DNA of 64,000 nt from Blepharisma stoltei ATCC 30299 (taxonomy: Eukaryota > Protista > Ciliophora). The stretch spans positions 248,001 to 312,000 of the forward strand of contig CBFDEM010000040.1 of assembly GCA_965603825.1 (NCBI GenBank), read 5' to 3'. The position numbers were made by a program, and so were the translations under genes. Shown here one piece after another: positions 1 through 13,298 of this stretch (within the stretch, counting starts at the first letter, position 1; each line of letters opens with the position of its first letter). The notes beneath the pieces are model-generated. The model worked only from the letters and a program-made list of their open reading frames with translations, was not told where the DNA came from and made no database searches.

Positions 1-2
1 TA

Positions 3-1394
3 GGGTTTTTGGTGGAACCTTTGAGCCTGCTGAATACTCCTGAAAAATTAGGCTGCAATACACCAGAATTCCTAAGTCATGAGTTTGGGGAAGCGAAATG
101 GAACGAAACTATTATGACTCCTGATGAAAGGCTGTCAGGATCTTTTCCTACACGGATATCCACACTTCCTGCACAGAATTTGGATCTCCCTGGCTCGAAT
201 ATTACATATACATATAGTGTGATATTTGAAGAAAGTGACGTAAAATGGGCAGATAGATGGGATTATTACCTTTATATGACTGGAGAAAGTGGAGAAGTCC
301 ATTGGCTTTCCATTGTAAACTCTTTTGCAATGGTTTTGTTTTTAACCGGAATGGTCGCTCATATATTTAGAAGAATAATCAAAAAAGACATATCAACATA
401 TAATGAAAAAGACGATATTGATCCAGAAGGGGAGTCTGGCTGGAAACAAGTTAAAGGTGACATTTTTAGACCGCCTGTTTATGGGAGTATTTTTTCAATT
501 ATTATCGGATCTGGTGTACAAGTAATTGGAATGGCCATTTTAACATTGCTTTTTGCTTGCATTGGATTTTTAACTCCAGCTAACAGAGGAGCTTTAGTTA
601 CTGCTATGCTTATTTTATATGTATTTATGGGTGCTGGTGCTGGATATACATCATCAAGACTTTACAAGTTCTTCGGCGGCGATTTTTGGAAAAGAAATGC
701 TTTTGGGACCGCTTTCTTTTTCCCAGGAATCTGCTTCTTGGTGTTTTTCATTGTGAATCTTTTCATTCTCGGAGAAGAGTCGTCAGGAGCTGTCCCATTC
801 ACATCTTTGCTTGAATTACTTATTCTTTGGTTTGGAATTTCTGTCCCTCTTGTATTTTTAGGAAGTGCGATAGGGTTTAGAAAAAACAGAATTGATCATC
901 CTTGCAAAATAAATAAAATTCCTAAGCCCATTGAAATCATTCCAGGATCTTTTAAAATTAACGCCATTTGTGTAATGGCAGGATCTTTACCATTTGGGTG
1001 TATGTTTATTGAGCTCAGTTATGTAATGAAGAGCTTGTGGCACCACACACTATTTTATTATCTTTTTGGATTTTTATTCCTCTGCTTTGTAGTGCTTGTA
1101 ATCACTTCAGCTGAGGTCTCAATATTAATGACTTACATAATTCTTTGTAGAGAGGATTATAGATGATGGTGGGCATCTTTTGGGGTCGCTGGGTCTTCAG
1201 GAATTTATTTGTTTTTATATTCATTTATATATTTTATGACAGATTTGACGTTTAATAGATTTTCGTCAGTTATTATTTACTTTGGATATATGTTCCTTAC
1301 AAGTGTGGCGTATGCTTTGATTACCGGGACCATAGGATTCTTTGCAACTTTTATATTCATTCGAAATATTTATAGCAATATTAAGGTTAGCTAA
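3..1394 (+). CDS. Transmembrane 9 superfamily (TM9SF/EMP70) protein, 5'-partial
   Basis: ORFs 9..1166 and 1209..1394 are one frame joined by TGA 1164-1166, giving EDYR-W-WWASF (family motif EDYxWWW). It also has WADRWDYYL, VHWLSIVNS, GWKQVKGDIFRPP and multiple TM helices. Stop is TAA. Confidence 0.95.
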
Positions 1395-1946
1395 ATTAAT
1401 AGAATCATATTAAGCAATGCGCGATAAACGTAATAAATAATAATTTTATATATTTCAATCAAATTCGAAACATTCGAAAATATGGTTTTATTACAAATAA
1501 ATTTTTTAGGATTGATGAAAAATCCTGGTAGAAAAGTAAGAGAAATATCATTTTAAAAAAAAAATAATCAAGATCAAATTAAGCTTTAAAAGAAGAGTCA
1601 TTGATAATTAATTATAAAAAATATAAAGGAATTTATACTTTGTATTCTAACAGCTACATCTATTAAATATCTAAAGAATTTTAATCATAATTTTTGAGAT
1701 TAAAAAATCGTTCATTTCTTTAAATCTGATCTGGATTTTTCTAAATTTTATTTTATCATTATATAAAAATAAGCTTCATATTTGTTCCAGAAAAGTTAAA
1801 AAATTCTAGCATCTAGACAGACCATTTTTAACCAAATTTGAATTGCTAAATAATTGTTATTTATTTTTTAGTTGAGTTTTACAATCTAATTATATTTATT
1901 TTAATTTCTTATTGTAATCTGAAATTGAATTTATTTAACATGCATC

Positions 1947-2489
1947 CTAGTTTAAAATATAATGCTTTTCAGAGACATGCTTTGCAAGCATATATTTATT
2001 GTAAATTTCTTTGCCGCAGAAAGTACAAAGCACTCTTGTTGCTTCATCGTGGACCTGCCTTATATGAAACTTTAGTGCGTATTTATGCTTAAACGTCTTC
2101 CCACACTTTTTGCATATGGAGTTTCTCTTTTTCCTGTTATGAATTTTCCCTAAATGCTGGTTTAAACCTTTTTGGCCCTTAAATATCTTGTTGCAGTTTG
2201 GACAGTTTAGGAGAACTTTTTCAGATTTTTTGAAGATTTTCTCACATTCATGGGTATCTGCAGAAGTTGGCGATTCTGAATTTTCATTTATTCTTGTTTC
2301 CATGTTGAAAAACGCAATGGAATCATCATCAAGCTCGAACTCGTTCAGTAAATGAGCTTTGAGAGTAAAGGCAGAATCGAAATACTTCATGCAGTGCTCA
2401 CAAAGAAAGGATTCTCCTATTGAATCGCTTGCTTTTTTACTGTTTTTAAATGTGTTAGGTTCTTTTGCTTGTGAAGAGAGTTGATTCAT
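1947..2489 (-). CDS. C2H2 zinc-finger protein
   Basis: Several C-x2-C...H-x3-4-H fingers (CPNCNKIF..HLGKIH, CKKCGKTF..HIRQVH, CTFCGKEI..HVSEKH). Confidence 0.9.
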   Translation of the reverse strand: MNQLSSQAKEPNTFKNSKKASDSIGESFLCEHCMKYFDSAFTLKAHLLNEFELDDDSIAFFNMETRINENSESPTSADTHECEKIFKKSEKVLLNCPNCNKIFKGQKGLNQHLGKIHNRKKRNSICKKCGKTFKHKYALKFHIRQVHDEATRVLCTFCGKEIYNKYMLAKHVSEKHYILN

Positions 2490-4573
2490 TAGAATTAGTT
2501 TATTATTAGTCTCTTACTAGTCCATTCAAAAATGGTTATAAGTGCTGGTATTACTGAGAAGAGAGAAATAGGGGAAAAATAACTCTAGTCAAATACAAAA
2601 CTTTTCGGAAAACAAAATTTATTAAAAAAAACGATGGGAACCGATGTAATAAAGCGGGTAAAAGGAATCAAAATAGGGCTCGTCCTAAAAAATGCCTTCG
2701 TGATAAAATTAGATAAAACTATAACGAAAAAACAAATTAAAGTTTAGCGATAGCAAAAATATCTGATCCGCAAAAAAATCAGCCTACTTAAAGAGGTTAC
2801 TATTATTGCTAAACAGTTCAGCTAATTGCTTTTTGATAGTGAAATATTAAGCTTTAGATTTTTTTTGGAGATCTCAGCCTTAATGTGAATTGAAGTTCGA
2901 ATTCCCTTAGGGATCACTTTTTCTTGTATGAAAAAATTTGAAAAACCTTCTGTGTGCTTGCTCTCTATCGCCAGGGCACAATGCGGTCATTAATGATTTT
3001 TATTATGGTGGACTGAAACGTCACCCAAGACATAGGGGAAAACTGCTATATAATGTTGAATTTATTAAATTTATAATTCACTTTTAGGAAAGTAAGTCTA
3101 ATTGCTATAGAAATAAGCTAATATACAATAATTATTTTTTGAGACTTTTTCAAAGGCATTGCAGCTTTCATATGTATACGAATTAAAATTAAAAATAAAT
3201 AGCAAATAAAATAGCCAAAATTTATAGTCTCCTATAATTAAGCGAATTTTACTTTTAATGGAATATTTATAAAATTTTGATCAGATTCCTTAAGATTTAT
3301 TACATAAATACTTCAATTCGCTAAACTCTTCTGATAGGCTGCAGCCTGCTTCTTATGCCATATTTAGTGGATAACAAAATTCTTTATTATCTGAAAACAT
3401 AAACAATAATTTAAATTAATTTCTCAGAATTTCGGAGGATTTTGAAAAGTCCGAACACAAATTAAAAATTCATTAAATCTATTAAAATTGGAGATCTCAG
3501 CGCATGAACGATAGCAGAATTGTTAAAAAAAGATTAAAAAGAAGTCTTTTTTTGTTTAAGTTTGAGATTGGTATTATTTCCTTAAGACTATCGCAGATAA
3601 TACATAATTGCAAGTGAAATCTTAAGATAAATAGAATAAGATAAAAATTCATCTCTTTTTAGAAGTTGCTAAGAAAAGTGGATATGAAAGTTCTTATAAC
3701 TAAGAAATTGCTAAGAATTTGCTTAAATCCTCATACTAAAACAGAAACTTAGTTAAAAGTATGGCTCAAGATCGTAAATTAATCATGCCCTTAAACCTGA
3801 ATCGCTGAACAATCATACATTTTTGCTTATTTTATTATTTATTTTTTAGAATTAGTAAATTTCAATTTAATGAAGTCAAATTATTAATTGATGAAAATCT
3901 AATGCCTCATAGCCAATGAAATTTTTGTTTTTTAACACGAGATTGCAATTTTTTGTTAAAATTTATGATATTATGATTAAATTATTATTTCATATTGCAT
4001 AATAATCATTAATAAGATCTGATATTTATTGTTTGTCCATTAAAAAGGGTTATTGATCGTCAACAGGAAGGAAGAGCTATTCTAGATGATAATGTTAATT
4101 AATATTACAGATGATGCTATCCATCTCAATAAATAAGATGTAGAGTTTAAGAGATCTTTGAATTCATTCTGCTTAAGAGCATTGAAAGGTAATCTAGGCT
4201 GGAAAACCCAAGCCCAGGCACAATCTTGTTTTGTCAATATGAGTTGAACTAAAAGCTTGAGTGAAAAGGCACTACATGGGCTTATCCATGCTATATGGAT
4301 TTAAAATTTTTTGCATAATGCTTTGCTTCATTGATTGAATCTTCTCCATATGATTTTTTGCTCTGAAATTTTAATTGCATTAACGATTTTAAATATAAAC
4401 CTTGATGATCTAGGTAATAATCCATTTTAGATATTAGAACTTCTTTCTCATGAATAATCATCATTCTTATTTTATTTACTTGAGTTTGCGTTAGATTTAT
4501 ATGGAATTTAATCCATTTTATGAATATTGAAAGTCAATTGCCAAGTATAAAAGGCTTATTTAAGCCTGACTGA

Positions 4574-5092
4574 ATGGATTGTAAAGCATTTAAAAAGCAA
4601 GCAAAAATAACTTATTTCATAGGAAAAGCAGGCCGGAAATTAGAATTTGCAAATTCAAGCTACGTAAAGAAAGAATTTTTAACACCTAAGAAAAAACACA
4701 TATGAGATCTTAGAAATGAAGAAGATCTGGAGCTGAAGCGAATTAAGAGAAGAAAAAATAATAAGAGCTTTGACATTGGAAATGTAAAAACTAAGGAAAA
4801 ATTGCCCAAGATTGAAATGCTAAAGATAGCAGGTAGCAAATGAAATAGCAATGTATGCATTCCTGTGCAAGTAAAAGAGAGAAAAATACAAGGAGACATA
4901 CAATCATTAAAAGTTAGGCAGAAAGCTCTTGATTTAATTATTGGTGACCAAATTATTGATGTAACTAAAAGTTTGATATCCAAATCTTCTCCGACAAAAT
5001 CAAAAAACCTACAAACAGAAATTTGTGAAAATTTCCAGCCAAGTTCTTCTACAAGAAGCTTTTGCTGCGGTTGGAATGATCCTTTATTATAA
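4574..5092 (+). CDS. Hypothetical basic protein (172 aa)
   Basis: ATG 4574 opens a frame with two TGA (Trp) that runs into ORF 4865..5092 and ends at TAA. No recognisable domain. Confidence 0.5.
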
Positions 5093-5698
5093 AATTAATA
5101 TTACTTTAGATAAATAAATACTGAAAATTCTAAAGGCTATGTTTTCATATCTTTTGATTCATATGCTCTTCTCTTAAACACAGTGCAAAACAATATATAC
5201 TTTCCTAATATATAATAATTTGCATCTATTAATATTTTTATTTATTTGTTAATTTATATAGTTATTGTTCTGTTATAGAGCCCAATCTCTTGGTTGCTCC
5301 GATGGTGAGCTATGGTCAGGAGCAAGCTATATTTTAATTTTAATATTATAAATTAATTGATATTCAAGTGTTTTTAATTTAAGAATATTAAATAAAATAA
5401 AGCTATACTAAAAAGAAATAAATTAATTATGATTTGGCATTCAATAAAAATATAAGAGCTTTTTTCTCTTTTTGAGTATATATATTTAAGACAGAATTAT
5501 TCTGAAGTTATTTATAACTTAATTCTTCTCAAAATAGTAGCACCTATTATGAACTTGCATTATTCACTTTATATTTGAATTTCATCTAATTTTATACAAA
5601 AACAATTTCTTTATCAATTTTAATCCAGAAAATATTATTTAATTTTGTGAATAACTAGTTAAAAAACTTATAATTAGAACATTAATATTTTATTAAAA

Positions 5699-7831
5699 AT
5701 GGACAGTATGAAATCTTTGTGATGGTCTGAAGAAGTTGAAGCAATTTATAAAAGCTCCCAGAAAATTAGCAAGGCAGTAGTGCTAATCATAATAATAGCA
5801 AGAACATTCAGTTTAGCAATTTGGCCTTCTTATCATACACTAGTTTTATGGATCCCTACTTTTTGTACACACATTTTAATTTATTTATTCCTGAAATCAG
5901 CCGAATACAAGTCAGCAGTTTATAAGGCTATTTCAATTTTAATATTTGCAGAATATTGAAATAATATTTCTATATTTATTTGGTCACCTTATTTACAAGT
6001 GCATTCTGGTCTGGCAGAGATGTTTTCATACATTTCTATATATCATTTCATGATTCCAGTAGTCAAAAACCAATGACTCTGAAATTTATTTCTGATTAAG
6101 CACTTATACATATGACATATTCATAAGATAATTATTGAAGGAGAGGTCAGACTTGATCATGTCTCCCCATTTCTGATCTTAGTTATAATTATCGTAGTAT
6201 GCAACGATAGAGCTCAATTTAGGCAGAGTATATCATTTGAAAGGTTTTTATATAGAAAAGAGTTAGAGCTGTCTAGGAGTAAATTAGCCACTATTACTCA
6301 AGCTGTTGAAAACGGAATATTAATAATATCAAATGAAAAAATAGAATTTTATAACTCTAGCATTTTACAGCTCTTGGGCTGTGAAGGCAATAATTTGTAC
6401 TCAGTTTTACAGAGGATTGAGTATTGTCTTGATAAAAAAGTTACAAAAATGACTAATTCAATACTGCTTTTTGATGATATTAATTTTGCATTAGAAAATA
6501 TAATTAACAATGAAATTTGCTTAGGGATAACCAAGCAAGGGACTATTAATTTAGAATGAAGAGTCAAAAAAATTATCTGGGAATCAAGACCTTGCATATT
6601 TCTATCAATCAGAAATGCTAACCAAATAATCGAAATGGAGTCGAACATCGCTAATGATAAGATGAAAACAATTTTACTTAGATCAGTTTCGCACGAGTTG
6701 AGAACTCCTCTAACTGCAATTACACACTTTATTAGTGAGTTTTCTGAGCAAAAAAAGCATAAATTAAATTCAGAAGATATTGAGCAATTAGCCATTATAT
6801 CAACTTCTTCAAAACTAATGCTCTCCCTTATAAATGACTTATTAGACTATTCAAAAATTTTAGCTGGTGTTTTCTCAATCAGAAAAACCTATTGCAAGTT
6901 TCGAGAAATTTTAAAAAACACTTGTGAACTTATAACAATTCAAGCAAAAAAGAAAAAAATAGTATTCATTTGCAGAGTAGACCCAACAATCCCTGAAGAG
7001 ATATATACAGATTCTTTAAGGCTAAGCCAAGTTTTATTGAATTTATTAAGTAATGCATTGAAATTTACTATGAAGGGTAGGATTGAAATTTCTTGCCTGA
7101 TTGATGCAAATGGTAAACTAAAATGCTATGTAGAAGATACTGGTATTGGAATATCTGAGTCTATGATGAAAAAGCTCTTTATTGCATTTAGTTCGCAAAA
7201 TAGCTCAAGTATAAACCCAAATGGCTCTGGGCTGGGTCTTTCCATATCAAACTTTTTAGTAAAATCGCTAGGGGAGCATCCTATTAAGGTAAAATCTCAG
7301 GTGGGAAAAGGCTCTATGTTTTGATTTTCAATTGATATATTTCAAGGAAAGTATGATCAGGGTAGCTATGAAAAAATAAATACTCTGGAACCAGAAGAGC
7401 TCCATTATTTTTCACTATCTAAATATGAAAGATATAGATCTAATAGCTGAACCGATGTATTAGTTGTGGATGACGATGAGTTTAATTTAGAAGTCATAGA
7501 ATCAATCCTTAATAAGTACCATATAAAACACTCGAAAGCACATAGCGGACGAGAAGCTATAAAATCTATTGAGTGTAGAGATACAAAGCATCAGTTTAAA
7601 GTGATTTTAATGGATTGCAACATGCCTGAAATGGATGGATTGGAAACTACCAGAGAAATTGACTTGCTTTATAAAGAAGGGAAAATTAAGAATATGCCTT
7701 ATATTATTGCTCACTCAGCTTATTCATCAGATGAAGACAGGCAGCTATGCTTTCGCTCCGGAATGAGTGATTATTTGTTAAAGCCCTCGCCTCCAGAAGA
7801 AATTATATCTACCATAAATAAATATCTATAA
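5699..7831 (+). CDS. Membrane-bound hybrid sensor histidine kinase (TM - PAS-like - HisKA - HATPase - receiver), 710 aa
   Basis: Single frame from ATG 5699 through 8 TGA. Motifs: H-box SHELRTPL, N-box QVLLNLLSNALKFT, G1 DTGIGI, G2 GSGLGLSI, GKGSMF-W(TGA)-F, and receiver VDDD / LMDCNMPEMDG / KP. The N-terminus is hydrophobic. Confidence 0.93.
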
Positions 7832-7923
7832 CTAATTTATAGATTTTCTGTCTTATCTTAAAGTATATTTTTAAATCTTTCAATATTCACACTAAATTAT
7901 CCTTCTTTCTTATTTTATAAAAT

Positions 7924-8448
7924 ATGCCTGGAGACGACAACATCTTCCACCAATACAAAGACCACAACCCATACTGAAAAGCACGTGGCCCTGCCTACAA
8001 TGAGCGTAGACATCAGCTATTTTGGACAGCCCGTAGAAGAATTCCTGGGACTGTAAGCAAGCTTTCTCTTGCATGCCTTTTTACTTGTTTCTTTTATGGA
8101 GTTTATTCATTTAAAAAGGCCAGAACAGAAAGAGACAGAGGAAGAATGATTCTCTATGAGTATAAAAGAAAATCCATACCTTTCTTACAAGCTATTGAAG
8201 ACAGAAGATTTTTAGCATCAGAAAAAAGGAAAGAATGGCTGGTTGATGCGCTCTTTGAAGATAAAGAAGAAATGTTGGCACTTAAAAGACTATACAATGA
8301 TCCAACTGCATATCCTGGACCTCAGACGCCTGGCCATTGGCATTATGGAGGCACGCAAAGATCATATAAGGCTGCTTGGGGACAATTCCAAGACTGGAGC
8401 TATGGAAATGACGCATATCGCAGGAATATCCCTTCAGCTCACTTCTAA
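7924..8448 (+). CDS. NDUFA13: Probable complex I accessory subunit NDUFA13/B16.6/GRIM-19-like (174 aa)
   Basis: ATG 7924 with one TGA read-through joins ORF 8146..8448. A single TM helix is followed by IPFLQAIEDRRF, resembling the family motif PLLQAEEDR. Confidence 0.7.
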
Positions 8449-8568
8449 GTAAAAAATATTAGAAGGATAATTTTTAAACATATAAAATTGTTAAGCTATA
8501 TAGAAATAGCCAAAAGAAATGCGCCAACTAGTCCTAATATCTCATTTAGAAAATTGAATAAAATAGAT

Positions 8569-9201
8569 ATGTCTGACTACGAGAAACTCCAAGAAAAAGC
8601 AGCCACTGCTTTTGAAGAAGCTACAAAACTTATTAACGATCGCAGCAGCTGACAAGAAGCTTCTTCAGATGAAAATGCAACTGTCAGCAAAATTACCACT
8701 GAAGGCGGGATAAATGCACTAAAAATTGATTGTTTCTTTAATGGACAATGCGAAGCTTCAGCAAATTATACTTACAATCATTGGGAAGAAATGGAGCTCG
8801 CACTTGATGATATGATGGCTGAGATGATAATTTTGGAAACCTTTGAAGATGGAAGCAAACTTAGAATAGAAAGAACGAAGCCTATGGTTCCAGTTTTTCC
8901 AAGAGAAGCTTATATATATACTTGCAAGCAGCAATTAGACGAAAATACTTATGCGGTTTTAACAACAAGCTCACCACTTGAGCATCCATTGGCTGAAGGA
9001 TTTGTAAGGCCAGAAGTTTTATTTACACTGCAATTATTCCAACCTGTAGGAGGGGATCAGACTAAGACGAATTTAACAGTTGTTGAATTAGTAGATCCAA
9101 AAGGGAATATTCCTACAATGATCATCAATCATGTAATTATAGAGAGGGTTGCCTTTTATACAAAGGTAGTTGAACGTTTAAAATCTCAAAATCTTAATTA
9201 A
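8569..9201 (+). CDS. START/lipid-binding domain protein (210 aa)
   Basis: ATG 8569, with TGA at the Trp after helix 1 (DRSS-W-Q). Has VFPREAY, GFVRP and VDPKGNIPTMIIN, typical of START domains. Confidence 0.85.
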
Positions 9202-9892
9202 CAGCAAAAAGGCTTAGGCACGATATAATTTTTTTATTTGAGCATGATTTACTTTAATCCTTAGAAAAATCTATCAGCTAGTATTTATTGTTAATTTGAT
9301 AAGTTTTGATTTTAAGAAATATAAATTCTTTTTAGCTATATCTTATTTTTCGGTAGAGTGCGCATGGAACCGTCAGTTTTCATCATCAATAAGTCATTGT
9401 TATAGCATTTTCATCAGTAAACTTGTAAATTATTTTTTTTGAGTTTGGTTTCAGTTAATTTATATTTTATAGTAGTAAGTTCTATTTTCATCATGAAATA
9501 ATTGATAACTCGCCTTACTCTTCATTCTTTACTCGAATATACAAAAAGAAATTTTCAAAAATCATTATCAAAAGATCTCAAACTTTTATAATTTTTTGGT
9601 TTAAATGAGCATCCTAATCTCATTGACGCATAAATAAAGTTAATCTCATCTTATTTCAGCTAAACACAGCTGATTTTACAATTTCTACTATTTTCAATCT
9701 TTTAATCTCAATAATCAAAATTTCCATTTAAAAATTCTTTAAGCACCCCCAGCTATAATAACTGGCTCATCTTTCTTTCAAAAAGAAACGATTTTTCAGT
9801 TCTAAAGTCAAATTCAAGCAGATAATATTTTCAACAGCATCGATCTATTCCAGAATTCCAGTCCATTATTGACATCATATTTAGAATTATCA

Positions 9893-10267
9893 ATGAATTC
9901 CCAAACTTATCATTACAAACATAAGCACAAGAATAATATTTACTACAGGTGCGGTGTGCGCAAGTGCAAAAGACGTATAACCTATAACAGGGAAACAGAT
10001 GAAATCATTGTAACTCAGCAGCACAATCATGATCATGATACTGCAAAATCAACTAACGCTTTTTCGGCAATGATTAAAATAATCTACCCAATTATCGATT
10101 CATCATTGGGTGGAATCGATGTGATAAGTGCAGAAAAAATCCGCGCTTATGGAAACCATAATAATTTAACTCTTGAAGCTTCAACTGGGAGCTGGCTTTT
10201 TGAGTATAAAGAAGATCCTGAATTAATGATTAATGACGGCAGTTCTATAGAAGAAAACGATGCTTAA
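9893..10267 (+). CDS. Small FLYWCH/WRKY-type zinc-finger protein (124 aa)
   Basis: YYRCGVRKCKRRI...QHNHD fits the C-x4-C...H-x-H pattern of the WRKY/FLYWCH/MULE finger. The first ATG is at 9893. Confidence 0.6.
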   Translation: MNSQTYHYKHKHKNNIYYRCGVRKCKRRITYNRETDEIIVTQQHNHDHDTAKSTNAFSAMIKIIYPIIDSSLGGIDVISAEKIRAYGNHNNLTLEASTGSWLFEYKEDPELMINDGSSIEENDA

Positions 10268-11162
10268 TCATATAAATCTTTAATTATAATGTAAAATCTC
10301 ATAGTTCTTTTTAAAATTTTACCATTTTCCATCTTAATGGAATTTGGGATTTCACTATAAAATGGAAAGATATTTCTGAGAAAAGAAAATCCAGAAATTT
10401 CTAATATAATATAATCTTTTGATCTGAATTTTTACGATGATGCTCAAAATAAAATTCTTAATTAAATGAAAGCATTTTTTGCAAAAAAATATAATATTAA
10501 AATTATTTAGCTAGCTGTGACTTTATTATCCATCTGAGAGCCATTTATCAAATAAAATATATTGCATTAGCTTAAGTGTATTCAATTGTATATCATTCAA
10601 TAAATTTAAAGTTTTAAGAACTTCAAAAATACTAAGACATTTTAAAGGGTAATAATAAAAACTTACTTAGCCGATTTACTATTAATTTAGAAAGATAGAA
10701 ATGTTAAAAAGTTAGCATAGGCATAGTTTAGAAGAAATTATCTATGTATTTATTCTTCAGTCTGAAAAAGTCATCAACTAAAATATAAAATTTTTAATTA
10801 AAAACATAAATTCAAATAAAAAAATATTTTAAAGCCAAAATTACAGTAAATCCCGAAAAAATACTAATCTAAGAATAAAAAAATACTTGAAAATATAAAT
10901 AATAATAATTCGAAAGGAGTTAAAATGGCTCTTTTATAATTAATTTCAAAAACCAAAATGAAAAGTGGAAAGCGCCTGGATATTAAGTGAAATAATTAGT
11001 AATGCAATTTACTGCCCAGATAGCAGCGCTTTTAATAAAAAAGCTCACAATTACAATGCTAAAAAATTCCATCAAAAATAAAAATAAACATCTACATTAC
11101 ATAAGCATTATTTAATTCAACCATCTAAAATAAGACCATCAATTAATTATCTCAATAAAATT

Positions 11163-13298
11163 ATGTTAAAACCTAAAGCGAGTTCTATATATCATCAAAG
11201 TTACCTCAGCCCTTTAGAAACTTCTGAACTTGATTATCTAACTTTAGAAGATGACTCGCTTAAGTCAAAATCTCCAAGGAGCGAAAACAACTCTCAAGAT
11301 TTGCACTTTGCCATTACTGCTACAGAATTTACACCTAGAAGCCCTTCAAGTGCCAAAAAGCTGTGAAAAAGAGCCTTTTTTAAAATAAGAATAGGACGAG
11401 CAATAGAGAAATTTAAAAAGGAAATTATGCTTTTTGGGACCTCAAACGAGGTCTTTGATCAAGATAAAAAATTTAAGCAAAACCTTGATAAAATATTCCA
11501 AAAAAAAGTCGACAAAGAAGAAGATTTTAGGTTCAAAAAAGTGGAAGAAGAAGAAAAGAATATTCCTTGGTATATATTAAATCCTTGCGGACGTTTTAAA
11601 AGAACTTGAAATTCTTTCCTAACAATAACTCTATTATACACTGCTGTTATTATGCCATATAGAATGGCATTTTCAGATGTCGTTTTCTTTGACGTGTGGA
11701 CTTCAATAGAAATATCAATTGATCTTCTATTTATGGTAGATGTAATGCTGAATTTTATAAGTGGGGTATATAGTTCTGAAGAAGTTCTTCATACTGATTT
11801 AAAATACATCATCTTGAAGTATTTAAAAGGTTGGTTTATAATCGATGTCATTTCAAGCGTCCCCTATACTTTAGTTGATTATTGAACAGGAGGTGATGGA
11901 AACTCTTCTGCTCATCAAAATAATTTTGTGAAGCTTATGAGGGTCCCAAGGCTTTATAAGCTGCTGAGAATTGTAAGAGTTGCTAAAGCTGTCAAGCATT
12001 ACAAAACGAATGACCTTGCTGAAAAAGTCCAAGATCGTTTACAGCTAAATTCAAGAGTGTACAAACTCGTGACATTTTTGGTGTCAGTTTGCCTGTGCGT
12101 TCATATAGTAGGCTGCTTATGATTTTTTTTTGCCAGGCTTAATAATTTTTCTCCGGATACATGGGTTGTTAGATGTAATTACTTAGATAATAGCGCAGAT
12201 GTTCAATATATTGCAAGTATATATTGGGCTATGACAACAGTAACTACTGTAGGATATGGAGATATTTCAGGAAGAACTGAACTAGAACAGATTTTATCTA
12301 TGATTTGGATGCTCATAGGAATAGGCTTTTATTCTTTCACAATCGGATCGCTCTCTTCATTTTTGACAGCAATTGATACAAAAGACTCTATTTTAGCTTC
12401 AAAGCTGGCAGCAATCCATGAGTTTGCCTTAGAAACTGGGATTTCTGACGATTGTAGGAATCGAATAAGGCAAATTATTAAATATAATAACAGTAAGGTA
12501 GGAACAGTATGAAGTGACAAACATTCTTTATTCAGTGAGCTCCCAAAATCGCTGCGATATGAAGTAAGCGCTACCATGTATAATGGTGTCGTCAAAACAC
12601 TAATATTTTTCAAAAGCCAAGACCCTGCTTTTGTAGTCTCCTTAATGCCTCTTCTAAAACCTTTGCTGCATAAAGATTTAGAATATTTATGACTAGAAGG
12701 AACTTATCCTGATGAAATTTTTTTTATCACCAAAGGGAGAGTGAATTTTGTGTTAGAAGGCAATGAAGTGTGCTATAAATCATTTTTAAAAGGTTCATAT
12801 GTAGGGGATATTGAGATCCTGACTGAAATTTCAGTCAGAGAAAGCAATGCTCAAGCATGTGGGGATTCTGAATTTTTAGTATTGTCGAAACACGATTTTC
12901 TTGATATTTTGGATGATTTTCCTGATCAAAAGAGGTATCTAACTCAGGTTGCTAGAGAAAGAGCAGTTAGAAATTCAAAAGCGAAAGAAGAACTTATTAC
13001 TTTGATGCAGATTAAAAAAGTGGAAGGGAGCCTAAAGCGTTTGGAAGGAAAAGGCAGCATTTTTGACAGGCAGCTGAGAGAGGTATCAACTGTAGTGATT
13101 CGAGATCGGCTTGGTGTGATTGAAGATACAGTTCAAACGAACGTAAATATGCTTGACGATATGAAGATTCGAGTTTCTTCTATTGAAAATAGTATTCAAG
13201 ATCTTTTGTTATTAGTAAAACCACCAAAAATAAAGAAGAAAAGAACAGCACTTGGGACTATTGTCGAAAAAAAGATGAGCACAAATTTTGATATGTAA
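11163..13298 (+). CDS. Cyclic-nucleotide-binding-domain 6TM K+ channel (KCNH/CNG-like), copy 1, 711 aa
   Basis: Six listed ORFs are co-framed and joined by TGA=Trp. S4 RVPRLYKLLRIVR, pore TTVGYGD, C-linker and CNBD are present. Confidence 0.93.

Noticed and set aside
5293-5326. GC-rich hairpin ttgctcc...ggagcaa in an intergenic region
   Set aside because: The 7-bp stem matches no RNA family I can recognise and is compatible with chance.
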